From an uncultured bacterium (GTDB taxonomy: Bacteria; Verrucomicrobiota; Lentisphaeria; Victivallales; UBA1829), in assembly GCA_902762495.1 (NCBI GenBank), contig CACWOL010000009.1, forward strand, positions 879-64,878: a DNA stretch of 64,000 bases. Reading direction: 5' to 3'. This document shows, one piece after another, positions 9,875-18,305 of this stretch. Positions within the stretch are counted from its first letter, which is position 1, and every line of letters starts with the position of its first letter. The position numbers and the translations under genes were made by a program. Under the pieces are notes generated by a model. That model saw only the letters and a list, made by a program, of their open reading frames with translations. It ran no database searches and was not told where the DNA came from.

Positions 9875-10717
9875 TCAGCCGCGCGGGGCCGTGGCGCCGG
9901 ATTCGAGGGCATCGCGCACGTCGTCATTCACGCCGGTATATTTCGGATTGCCGGGCATGATGCCGCGGTTCGACTGCTTGATGAAGTTCACGAACAGCTC
10001 GACTTCCGGGCAGCTCGGGATCGTCTTTTCGATCTGCTCCAACGCGTGCGGGCTGTTCAGTCCCTCGAAGAAGAACGTCTTGATCGCGCGGCGGATCGCC
10101 ATGCGGGCGTCCGGAGTGATGTTCGCGCGGCGCAGGCCGATCGTGTTCGGTCCGCAGATGAAGTTCGTTTCGCGGAGCATGCAGAACGGGGGGATGTCCT
10201 GGCCGATCAGGGCGGTCGGTCCGATCATCGCCAGCGCTCCGATGCGGCAGAACTGGTGGACGAGGACGAATCCGCTCATGACCGCGCCGTCGCCGACCTG
10301 TACATGCCCGGAAAGCGAGGTGTGGTTCGCGATGGTCGCATGGTCGCCGATCACCACGTCGTGCGCCACATGCACGAACGCCATCAGCAGCACGTGGTTG
10401 CCGACGACGGTCTTCAGCTGTTCGAACGGCGGACGGTGGATCGTGACGAACTCGCGGATGACCGTGTGGTGGCCGATCTCGCAATAGGAGACGAGGCCGC
10501 GGTAGAAACGGTGGTCCTGCGGCTCCGCGCCGACGAGGGCGTTCATGTAGATGCAGCAGTCGGAGCCGATGGTGGTATAACGGCAGATCTTGACGTGGGC
10601 GTCGATATAGCAGTTGTCGCCGATCTTCACGTTGTCTTCAATGACGGCATACGGCCCGATTTCGACGTTTTTGCCGATCTGGGCGTCGGGAGATACGATC
10701 GCGGTGGGATGAATCAT
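9875..10717 (-). CDS. lpxA: acyl-ACP--UDP-N-acetylglucosamine O-acyltransferase
   Basis: MIHPTAIVSPDAQIGKNVEIGPYAVIEDNVKIGDNC hexapeptide-repeat N-terminus typical of LpxA. I chose the ATG at 10717. Confidence 0.9.
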   Translation of the reverse strand: MIHPTAIVSPDAQIGKNVEIGPYAVIEDNVKIGDNCYIDAHVKICRYTTIGSDCCIYMNALVGAEPQDHRFYRGLVSYCEIGHHTVIREFVTIHRPPFEQLKTVVGNHVLLMAFVHVAHDVVIGDHATIANHTSLSGHVQVGDGAVMSGFVLVHQFCRIGALAMIGPTALIGQDIPPFCMLRETNFICGPNTIGLRRANITPDARMAIRRAIKTFFFEGLNSPHALEQIEKTIPSCPEVELFVNFIKQSNRGIMPGNPKYTGVNDDVRDALESGATAPRG

Positions 10718-10755
10718 GATAAATCCTTTCGGGTTCCTGAAAAAGATGCTCCCAT

Positions 10756-10784
10756 AATATACCCCGCCACGCACAGCTTATCAA
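10756..10784 (-). promoter_or_regulatory. sigma70-type promoter (TTGATA-N17-TATATTAT) for lpxA
   Basis: The minus strand reads TTGATA agctgtgcgtggcgggg TATATT AT. Confidence 0.55.
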
Positions 10785-10848
10785 GCGCGTTTCTTATATT
10801 TAAAGCAAATTTCTTTTTCCCACGGCCTGAATGCGGCCGCGGGGAGTG

Positions 10849-12642
10849 TTACATGGCGTCGGGGATGCCGATCGTGAGGGCGGCGAGGCCGTCCGCGAGG
10901 ATGTCGCGCACGGCGAAACAGAGCGCCAGACGCATCGTGCGGACCGCGGGATCGCCGGCGTTCAGCACCTGTTTTTCGCGGTAGAACCGGTTGAAAAGTT
11001 TCGCCAGGTCGAGCAGGTAGTTCACGAGGATGGAGCAGTCCATCTTGTCGGAGGAGGACCGGATGGCGTCGGCGTAGCGCAGCACAGCCACGGCGAGCGC
11101 CTTTTCCTCCGGCGAATCGGCGAGCGACCAGTCGACCGAAGCGGGATCGAACTCGATCCCGGCGTCGTTGCATTTCCGCACGATGGAGTTGATGCGGGCG
11201 CAGACGTACTGCACGTACGGGCCGGTGTCGCCCTCGAATTTCAACGAGGCCTGCGGATCGAACATGATCGTGGTCTTCGGGTTGAACTTCAGCAGCATGA
11301 ACTTCAGGGCGCCCATGCCGATGATCTCGCTGCGGGATTCGAGGTCGGCGGGCGGTTCCTCGCCTTCCTTCACGCGTTCCATCGCGGCCGCCTTCGCCAG
11401 AGAGTGCATCTCGTCGAAGAGGTCGTCCGCATCGACCACGGTGCCTTCGCGGCTCTTCATGCGGCCGGACGGCAGGTTGACCATGCCGTAGGAGAGATGG
11501 TAGAGGCTGTCTGCCCAGGCGTATCCGAGGCGGCCGAGGATGGTGAAGAGCATGCGGAAATGCAGGTTCTGTTCGTCGCCGACGACCCAAATCATGGTGT
11601 CGGGGTTGTGCTCCTCGTGCTTGAGGATCGTGGTGCCGATGTCCTGCGTGATGTAGACGCTGGTGCCGTCCTTGCGGAGGAGCACCTTCTCGCCGAGTTT
11701 GCCCAGGTCGACCGTGACCGCGCCGTCCGCGCGCTTGCCGAAGATGCCTTTCGCGAGGGCATCGGCGATGACGTCCTTACCGAGCAGATAGGTCTGGCTT
11801 TCGAGGTAGGTCTTGTCGAAATGCACGCCCATGCGGCGGTACGTCTCGTTGAATCCGTCGATGACCCATTTGTTCATGGTGGTCCAGAGGGCGCGGACTT
11901 CGGGATCGCCGGCCTCCCACTTGCGTAGCATTTCCTGCGCTTGTTTGCCGAGCTCGGTTTCGAGGAAGAGGTCGTCGGTGGACTTGTCGGCGAATTCGGG
12001 ATGCGCGGCCTTCAGCTGTTTGACTTCGTCGGACAGCATCTGGTTGAACTTGACATAATAGTTGCCGACGTAGTGGTCGCCCTTGATCCCGGCCTGCTCC
12101 GGCGTGACGCCGTTTCCGGTCAGCTTGTAGGCGAGCATGGATTTGCAGATATGGATGCCGCGGTCGTTGATGAGGTTGACCGGCACCACGTCGTGTCCGG
12201 CGCGCGCCATCACGCTGGCGAGCGTCATGCCGATGCAGTTGTTGCGGACGTGGCCGAGGTGCTGCGGCTTGTTCGTGTTCGGCGCGGAGAATTCAATGAG
12301 AATCTTGCGGCGGGAGCCCTCCGGGAACGGCACGTCGGCGAGGAGCGACTTCACGTCCGAAACGGAATCGCGGAACAGCGCGGCGGGCTTGAGCGTGATG
12401 TTCACGAACGCCTTGATCTTTTCGGCGGACACCACATCCGGGTCCTTCATCAGGAGTTCGGCGGTCTCCGTTGCCAGCGCATCCGGCGCGCTCTTCAGCG
12501 CCTTGGCGAGGCGGAAGCAGTTCACGGTCAGGTCGCCGTTCATGCCAGCGGGACACGGCTCCCACAGGATGTCGAACGAGGAATCAAGGGAACGCGAGAC
12601 GCGGAACGAGTCCGCCAGACGGGAAAGGCATTGGATTTTCAT
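10849..12642 (-). CDS. argS: arginine--tRNA ligase
   Basis: Carries the class I HIGH-type motif PNTNKPQHLGHVRN. Length and C-terminal ...IPDAM are typical of ArgS. Confidence 0.95.
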   Translation of the reverse strand: MKIQCLSRLADSFRVSRSLDSSFDILWEPCPAGMNGDLTVNCFRLAKALKSAPDALATETAELLMKDPDVVSAEKIKAFVNITLKPAALFRDSVSDVKSLLADVPFPEGSRRKILIEFSAPNTNKPQHLGHVRNNCIGMTLASVMARAGHDVVPVNLINDRGIHICKSMLAYKLTGNGVTPEQAGIKGDHYVGNYYVKFNQMLSDEVKQLKAAHPEFADKSTDDLFLETELGKQAQEMLRKWEAGDPEVRALWTTMNKWVIDGFNETYRRMGVHFDKTYLESQTYLLGKDVIADALAKGIFGKRADGAVTVDLGKLGEKVLLRKDGTSVYITQDIGTTILKHEEHNPDTMIWVVGDEQNLHFRMLFTILGRLGYAWADSLYHLSYGMVNLPSGRMKSREGTVVDADDLFDEMHSLAKAAAMERVKEGEEPPADLESRSEIIGMGALKFMLLKFNPKTTIMFDPQASLKFEGDTGPYVQYVCARINSIVRKCNDAGIEFDPASVDWSLADSPEEKALAVAVLRYADAIRSSSDKMDCSILVNYLLDLAKLFNRFYREKQVLNAGDPAVRTMRLALCFAVRDILADGLAALTIGIPDAM

Positions 12643-12675
12643 GAAGCAGGAAAGAGGTTGATATGAAAAACTGGA

Positions 12676-13677
12676 TTAATGCGTTGTGCGGATCAGCGTG
12701 ACCGGGGCGGACGGCTTCACGCGGATGACGTATTCGCCGAGCGCGGCGGGCAGCAGGGCGGTCATGCAGCGCGGGATGGTCGTCACCGTGCCGCGGACCT
12801 CCACGTCCACCGGGCCGCTGATGGCGGTCAGCAGGTGGAAACTGCGCGTGGAGCGGGTCGTGTCCGGCCAGTCTCCGGCGAGACGGAGCTCGTCGCAATG
12901 GAACTGCGGACAGCGGTTGATGATCGCGTATTTGCGGTTGCGCATCGCGTTGTCGCTGACGCCCGTGATGCGGGCGGGAGTGCGGTCGATGAAGTCGACG
13001 CAGGAGAGCCCCTCCTCGACATGGAGTTCCTGGTCGGGATCGGAAATGCCCCAGTCGTTCAGCAGGAAGTCGCTGTTGCTGTTCTGCTGGATCTCGAGGA
13101 CCAGGTTTCCGGGGTCGATGCAGTGGATGCGTCCGGCGTTGACGAAATACGCGTCGCCGTTCACCGCGTCGAAACTCTGAAGCACGCTCTCCACGTCGGA
13201 CGTGGGCAGAAGCTCCAGGAAACGATGGCGTGTGGCGGTCGGACGGATGCCGACCATGATTTTCGAGCCGGGTTCGGCGTCCAGCACATACCACATCTTC
13301 GTCTTCGGTTCCGCGCCGTTTCCGAGCCGGAGGGCGGCGTTCTCGTCGGGATTCACCGTCAGCGGGAGACGTTCGCTGGTGTCGAGGATCTTCACCATCA
13401 GCGGAAAGCGCGCGGCGCGGGTCATGTCGCCGATCAGGTAGGACGGGCCGATCATCGTGCAGAGTTCGTGGATGGTCTTCCCGGCCAGCGGGCCGTTCGA
13501 GATCACGCTCTCGACGCCCTCGCGGTCGCAGATGTCCCACGCCTCGCCGAACCGGCCTTCCTCCGCGGGGAGTTCGCGGTTCAAAACGCGCGCGAGTTTT
13601 CTGCCGCCCCATGGCGTCCGGCGGTACATCGGCGCAAACAGCAGCGGGTACAAATCGTCTTTGGAAAGAGTTGTCAT
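12676..13677 (-). CDS. type I phosphomannose isomerase (mannose-6-phosphate isomerase, cupin)
   Basis: The N-terminal YPLLFAPMYRRTPWGG and GEAWDICD motifs are typical of the small class I PMI family. Confidence 0.75.
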   Translation of the reverse strand: MTTLSKDDLYPLLFAPMYRRTPWGGRKLARVLNRELPAEEGRFGEAWDICDREGVESVISNGPLAGKTIHELCTMIGPSYLIGDMTRAARFPLMVKILDTSERLPLTVNPDENAALRLGNGAEPKTKMWYVLDAEPGSKIMVGIRPTATRHRFLELLPTSDVESVLQSFDAVNGDAYFVNAGRIHCIDPGNLVLEIQQNSNSDFLLNDWGISDPDQELHVEEGLSCVDFIDRTPARITGVSDNAMRNRKYAIINRCPQFHCDELRLAGDWPDTTRSTRSFHLLTAISGPVDVEVRGTVTTIPRCMTALLPAALGEYVIRVKPSAPVTLIRTTH

Positions 13678-13720
13678 CGGCGGATCATCCGTTCATGTTT
13701 TTTTAACATTTTGCCAATAC

Positions 13721-13748
13721 AATATACTACACGAACCGGAAATAACAA
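13721..13748 (-). promoter_or_regulatory. sigma70-type promoter (TTGTTA-N16-TATATTGT) for the PMI gene
   Basis: The minus strand reads TTGTTA tttccggttcgtgtag TATATT. Confidence 0.45.
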
Positions 13749-13848
13749 ACTGTGAGGCGCTTTTTTTCCAAAAAAAAGCATGCGCCACGCCGGATGGCCC
13801 GGGCGGAAAAACAGGAAGGAAACCGTGCCGCAGCTGTTCTTCGTCCGC

Positions 13849-15996
13849 TCAGACGTGCTTCATGCGGCCGAAGAGGTTGCCGTATTTCTTCAGGTTCAGC
13901 GACTCGACGAACGACGCGATCTTGGTCGTGGTGGAGCACGGGTCGATGGAGGCGTCCATGCAGTCGCCTTCCAGCGCCAGCATCGGCATGCCGATCTCCT
14001 CGAGCTCTTCGCGCAGGAGCTTCGTGAACGGGCGGTCGGCGAGGCTGCACCGTCCGAAACCGTGCGTGTACAGAATGCAGCCTGTGAACTTCGCCTTTGC
14101 CGAAATGTCCTTCACGTACTTCACGCGCAGTTTCGGGTCCAGGAATCCGGTCGTGAGGAGCTTCCGCGCGAGCGATTCGTACGGGTGCTTCGGGTCGAGC
14201 GGAGCCCAGCCGACGTAGTTGGTCTCTTCGAACACGATCGGGGCGTTGCAGACGGTCTCGATGTAGTCGAGGTGCTTGGAGTCGTAGAACGGCGGAAGGT
14301 GAAGCCAGAGCAGGCGGTGCGTGTCCTCGATGGAATAGCGCTTTTCCGCCCATTCCTTCTTCTGCAGCAGTTCCTCGTAGTAGGTCTTCTGGATGTCGAC
14401 GAGCTCCTGCGTACCCCAGAGCTGGCTGAAGATGACGGCGTTGTAGACCGCCTCCGAGCCGCGGATCAGCGGCGGCGAGGTCCAGCGCAGTTCATTGCAC
14501 TTGCGCGAATAGTCCGCCGCGAGGTTGGAGAGCACGCAGGCTTCCTCGAGACGCGCCGGATCGAGCTTGCGTCCGAGCGCTTCCTCCATCTGCTCGACCG
14601 ACTGGCGCAGGCCGTCCGCGATCTGACCGACCGCGTTGGTGTTCGCCAGGTTGATCGGGGTGTGCAGGGAGTAGAACCGGTCCTCGAAACCGTAGGTGCG
14701 CGCGAGGTCGGCGAAGATGCGTTCGCCCTGCTGGCACGGCTGGCTGGTGGAGACGGCGAAATCGGGCGTCTTCAGCGGCAGACCCTCCAGCATGCGCAGG
14801 AAGGAGCAGGTCTGCTGGTCGAATCCCTTACGCGCGGCGACGTCGAGCGCGGCTTTCACGCGTTTCGAGCTGCGGCCGAAGAGCGCGGCGTACGTTTCCA
14901 GCGTCAGGATGCGCGCCCCGAACGCGTTCAGGATCTCAGTCGGGAAGAAAAGGTTGCGCCAAACGGTCGGTTTGTCCTTCTCGCCGAAGAGGAACGCGCG
15001 TTTGTTGCCGACCACGCGCATGGAGACGGATTTCTGGCGGGTGGGCTCGTACTGGACGGGATCCGGGTCGAGCTTGCCGCGCAGCTTGCTGTATTCGAGC
15101 GCGAGGACTGCCGCGCCGAGCGCGCCCATGACGTTGTGGAATTCCGGGATGATGATCTCGCAGCCGGTGATCTCCTTCATGAAATATGCCACGGCATGGT
15201 TCGAGGCCACGCCGCCCTGGAACAGGATCGGATGCGCGGGATCGTGGTGCATCAGCATCTGGCCGACGCCGTTCAGGATCGTGCGCGCCTGAGCACGGCA
15301 CGCCCCGGCGAGCAGGTCGCCCATCGGGATGCGGTTTTTGAACTTGTTGATGGACGTGGCGGAGAGCACGGCGCAGACGGAGCTGAACTCGGTTTTCGCG
15401 TCGTAGTTCACCTTGTCCGCCATTTCCTCGACCGGGATGCCGAGCTTGGCGGCCACGCTGTCGAGGTAGCTTCCGGTGCCCGCGGCGCACACGCCGGACA
15501 TCATGGACACCCACATGCCCATCTTGTGGTTGAATACCATGCACTTGCTGTCCTGGCCGCCGCAGTCGATGATTGCGTCCACGTTCGGGTAATAGCGTTT
15601 CGCTCCGGCGACGTGCGCGGAGACTTCGCTGACCTGGAAATCGTACGGGATGAAGCGTTTCGTGTCCTCGACGATCTGGCTGCCAGTCACGACCGTGCAG
15701 GCGATGTCCCCGGCGTGGATGCCACTGTCAACCGCGGCCTTCGCAACCTCGGCGGTCGTCTCGCAGGTGATATTTCCGGCGTTCAGCCCAGCCTCGGAAA
15801 AGAATGTGGCGAGGGTCTTTTTCAGCGCGCCCATGTTGCAGCGGCCGCAGGACGTGCAGCGGCCCGTGCAGGAAAGCTGACCGGAATCCACCGGCTTCGT
15901 GCGCTGGTAAGTCGTATGGACCACGCGCCCCTTGTCTGTGATGACGACGGCTTTGAATGTCGTGGATCCGATATCGATCCCGAGGTAGTATTTCAT
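13849..15996 (-). CDS. fusion of BadF/BadG/BcrA/BcrD-type ATPase (2-hydroxyacyl-CoA dehydratase activase) with a 2-hydroxyacyl-CoA dehydratase (HgdB/D-component-like) domain
   Basis: N-terminal YYLGIDIGSTTFKAVV acetate/sugar-kinase fold. The C-terminal ~380 aa resemble a dehydratase subunit (GCILYTHGFGRCS, LEGDCMD). The ATG at 15996 is preferred over the GTG at 16005. Confidence 0.8.
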   Translation of the reverse strand: MKYYLGIDIGSTTFKAVVITDKGRVVHTTYQRTKPVDSGQLSCTGRCTSCGRCNMGALKKTLATFFSEAGLNAGNITCETTAEVAKAAVDSGIHAGDIACTVVTGSQIVEDTKRFIPYDFQVSEVSAHVAGAKRYYPNVDAIIDCGGQDSKCMVFNHKMGMWVSMMSGVCAAGTGSYLDSVAAKLGIPVEEMADKVNYDAKTEFSSVCAVLSATSINKFKNRIPMGDLLAGACRAQARTILNGVGQMLMHHDPAHPILFQGGVASNHAVAYFMKEITGCEIIIPEFHNVMGALGAAVLALEYSKLRGKLDPDPVQYEPTRQKSVSMRVVGNKRAFLFGEKDKPTVWRNLFFPTEILNAFGARILTLETYAALFGRSSKRVKAALDVAARKGFDQQTCSFLRMLEGLPLKTPDFAVSTSQPCQQGERIFADLARTYGFEDRFYSLHTPINLANTNAVGQIADGLRQSVEQMEEALGRKLDPARLEEACVLSNLAADYSRKCNELRWTSPPLIRGSEAVYNAVIFSQLWGTQELVDIQKTYYEELLQKKEWAEKRYSIEDTHRLLWLHLPPFYDSKHLDYIETVCNAPIVFEETNYVGWAPLDPKHPYESLARKLLTTGFLDPKLRVKYVKDISAKAKFTGCILYTHGFGRCSLADRPFTKLLREELEEIGMPMLALEGDCMDASIDPCSTTTKIASFVESLNLKKYGNLFGRMKHV

Positions 15997-16044
15997 CAAT
16001 GGCACCCGGAAAGCAATTGTGGTTGGATAAAAAAATATCTATGT

Positions 16045-16073
16045 AATATAACCCTTTTTCGCGCCTTTTCCAA
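16045..16073 (-). promoter_or_regulatory. sigma70-type promoter (TTGGAA-N17-TATATTAC)
   Basis: The minus strand reads TTGGAA aaggcgcgaaaaagggt TATATT AC, about 45 nt upstream of the start. Confidence 0.5.
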
Positions 16074-16101
16074 TCGAAAACGAAAAATAAAAGATATTTC
16101 C

Positions 16102-16236
16102 GGGAGGGGAGGGCAAGCCCTCCACGGCGGCAGTGCCGTGCCGCGCGACGGCACGATAGGGCAAATAGGGCGGATAAGACAAAATGAGGCGGACAGGGGA
16201 AATCCGTCCTGCCCGCCCTGTAAATCTTATTTTGTG
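16102..16236. repeat. structured intergenic repeat, copy A (short form, one GTGCCG..CGGCAC hairpin unit)
   Basis: GGAGGGCAAGCCCTCC hairpin, then the AGTGCCGTGccgcgcgACGGCAC hairpin, then a ~85-nt tail (ggcaaatagggcggataag...cggacaggggaaatccgtcctgcccgccct...cttatt) that recurs at 18199-18280. It lies directly 3' of the FG-GAP gene. Confidence 0.75.
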
Positions 16237-16241
16237 CGGTC

Positions 16242-17876
16242 TTATGCGAGGACGTGAATGATGCTCTGGTCGTTGATGCCGATTTCACTGTAGTTGACCC
16301 CGGCCGACCACCGGGACATGTCGCCGCCGGCATAGGCGCCCATCAACTCGGTCGAGATCTGGCGTACCAGCAGGTCGTCTTTGCCGTCGCCGTCGGAGTC
16401 GAATGCGCCCGCAATGTCCCAGTCGGAACCGTCGATCTGGCCGAGCGACGTCCACGCGTCGGCGTTTCCGTCCGCGAGCAGAACCACTGCGCCGGATTCC
16501 TTATGGAACAGCACGACGTCGTCCTTGCCGTCGCCCGCGAAATCGCCGACCGCGCCGAATTCCCAGCCGGACCAGTTCAGACCGCCCAGGCCCGTCAACG
16601 TGCCGTCCAGGTCGACCGAGTAGAAGAGCACGCCGGACAGCGACATCAGCACGGAGTCCTTTCCATCGCCGTCGAAGTCGCCGCATCCGAGCATCGTCCA
16701 GTTCGCGTCGAACCAGCCCGCGATTCCGGTCCAGTTGTCCGTGCCGTCCGTCCAGACGCCCAGCGCGCCGAGTTCCTGCGCGTGCCACACGACCGACGGT
16801 GCGCCTGAACCTGTCAGGTTTCCGGCGTTGTATTTCCAGTCGATGCCATCCGCGTTGATCAGCGTGCCGATCTTGCGCCAGCCGTCTGCCTGATAACTGA
16901 TTTCAATGCTTTTCATGATTCCTCTGGAATCCATGGTACTGATGGATTCCATCTGAACACCGCTTTCCGCGTTTCTCCAGAGCGTGGAAATCTGAATGTC
17001 GCTCTTCGGCAGGGGCAAGTGATCTCCCTGTGCCTGGAATTCCTTATATGCCGCGAAAGATTCCCCGTAGGACAGGTCGTCGATGGTCGGTTCCCTGTAT
17101 TGGGATTTCGGAATCAACCGGATAACGCCGCCGGGCAAAGTCTGGCGAAGAGCGACGATCTCGCATGAAAGGTCCAGCCAGTTTTCCCTGAGAAACGCGA
17201 GATTCTGCGAGATGGATGATTCCGGTATTTCCTCCTGAACCTTTGCTTTCGCACGATCATATAACGTACAGAACTGCCGGTACGTCATCTGGGAAATATC
17301 CGGGACAGCTTTGAACGGGGGAATGGAGACAAGGTCCTCAATCGGAACTATCAATTCCTCAGGTATCTTCAGGATAACATCTTCCTTAGAAATTATCAAA
17401 TACTCTGGTGTCTTCAGCAAATCGGGATTGATTTTCAGGACGACTCTTTCCTCCCCGTTTAGCGATACCGTAATGATTCCATCATCCATCGGCGGGATGA
17501 TCTCGGATTCAGGAATTGCTCCAATATAGTTTTTTGACCATGCCCCTCCATTCTGTTCGGTGTTGACAGTTCCGTTTTCCTCCGTGTCAGTGATACTCTC
17601 TTTCAGCATTTCAACAATCTCTGATTGTTCGTCTTCGCCGAAAGAAGACAGGAGACCGCGCAGAATATCATTGTATTCTTTTGATCCGGGTTCAACACGC
17701 CTCATTCCGTTATTGTTCATTACTTCTTCCAAGTCCAGCGATAACGTAATGATTCCATCATCCATCGGCGGGATGATCTCGGATTCAGGAATTGCTCCAA
17801 TATAGTTTTTTGACCATGCCCCTCCAACCCCTTCGGTGTTGATAATTTTGTTTTTCTCTTCGATGGTTTCGCTCAT
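16242..17876 (-). CDS. FG-GAP/VCBS-type repeat protein with internally duplicated N-terminal region; no obvious signal peptide
   Basis: The C-terminal third has three GDFDGDGKDSVL / GDFAGDGKDDVVL / FDSDGDGKDDLLV Ca-binding FG-GAP-like repeats. The N-terminal segment GGAWSKNYIGAIPESEIIPPMDDGIIT occurs twice. Confidence 0.75.
   Translation of the reverse strand: MSETIEEKNKIINTEGVGGAWSKNYIGAIPESEIIPPMDDGIITLSLDLEEVMNNNGMRRVEPGSKEYNDILRGLLSSFGEDEQSEIVEMLKESITDTEENGTVNTEQNGGAWSKNYIGAIPESEIIPPMDDGIITVSLNGEERVVLKINPDLLKTPEYLIISKEDVILKIPEELIVPIEDLVSIPPFKAVPDISQMTYRQFCTLYDRAKAKVQEEIPESSISQNLAFLRENWLDLSCEIVALRQTLPGGVIRLIPKSQYREPTIDDLSYGESFAAYKEFQAQGDHLPLPKSDIQISTLWRNAESGVQMESISTMDSRGIMKSIEISYQADGWRKIGTLINADGIDWKYNAGNLTGSGAPSVVWHAQELGALGVWTDGTDNWTGIAGWFDANWTMLGCGDFDGDGKDSVLMSLSGVLFYSVDLDGTLTGLGGLNWSGWEFGAVGDFAGDGKDDVVLFHKESGAVVLLADGNADAWTSLGQIDGSDWDIAGAFDSDGDGKDDLLVRQISTELMGAYAGGDMSRWSAGVNYSEIGINDQSIIHVLA
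17461..17550. repeat. 90-bp intragenic direct repeat, copy 1
   Basis: Identical to 17737-17826 except for one base (c/a at repeat position 8). The offset is 276 bp, so it is in frame. Confidence 0.95.
17737..17826. repeat. 90-bp intragenic direct repeat, copy 2
   Basis: See copy 1. Weaker similarity continues about 20 nt further (ttcggtgttga). Confidence 0.95.
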
Positions 17877-17956
17877 TTTCGGTCTCGCTTTCCCGCCTCG
17901 GAACGAGGTGAATTGCTAAAGTTCTGATACCGAGTCGTTCTTATATTCCAATACCC

Positions 17957-17984
17957 AATATAGCATGAAAAAACAGCATGTCAA
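17957..17984 (-). promoter_or_regulatory. sigma70-type promoter (TTGACA-N16-TATATT) for the FG-GAP gene
   Basis: The minus strand reads TTGACA tgctgttttttcatgc TATATT ggg, about 80 nt upstream of the ATG at 17876. Confidence 0.6.
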
Positions 17985-17996
17985 GGATTTATGTCA

Positions 17997-18010
17997 TTTT
18001 TTTTTTTTTT
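17997..18010. repeat. homopolymeric T14 (A14 on the coding strand of the FG-GAP gene) just upstream of its -35 box
   Basis: Direct count: 4 T ending line 17941 plus 10 T starting line 18001. Confidence 0.95.
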
Positions 18011-18055
18011 GAAAACTGGTTAAAACCTAAAATATAAAACGATTAATTTAAAAAT

Positions 18056-18305
18056 TGAGGGAGGCAAAGCCTCCATCAAGTAGTGCCGTGCTACGCGACG
18101 GCACACACGGAGTATGCCAGGTAGTGCCGGGCTAACGCTCGGACACAAGGGCAACCCCTTGACTGCGGCAGTGCGCGGCTATCGCTCGCGCACGGGAAGG
18201 CAAATAATGCCATAAGGTAAAAGAAATAGGTCGGACAGGGGAAATACGCCCTATCCGCCCTATTAGCCTTATTCTGTAGGCACTGTGGAGGGCTTGCCCT
18301 CCCTC
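18056..18305. repeat. structured intergenic repeat, copy B (long form, three hairpin units)
   Basis: GGAGGCAAAGCCTCC hairpin, then three tandem AGTGC..GCAC hairpins (18083-18104, 18124-18146, 18171-18193), then the tail homologous to copy A, then a terminal GGAGGGCTTGCCCTCC hairpin overlapping the prfB stop codon. Confidence 0.8.

Noticed and set aside
18083-18193. Three tandem GTGC...GCAC hairpins considered as a mini-CRISPR array
   Set aside because: The units are about 22 nt long and only loosely similar, with irregular spacing (about 41 and 47 nt). There are no unique spacers of CRISPR size, no leader and no cas genes. It fits a REP/BIME-like or MITE-like element better.
16107-18305. GGAGGGCAAGCCCTCC (16109-16124) and its reverse complement GGAGGGCTTGCCCTCC (18288-18303) considered as terminal inverted repeats of a transposon carrying the FG-GAP gene
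   Set aside because: Each sequence is itself a palindromic hairpin, so the inverted-repeat relationship is largely trivial (only the 2-nt loop and 1-2 flanking bases are informative). There is no transposase and no obvious target-site duplication. It is kept only as part of the repeat-element finding.
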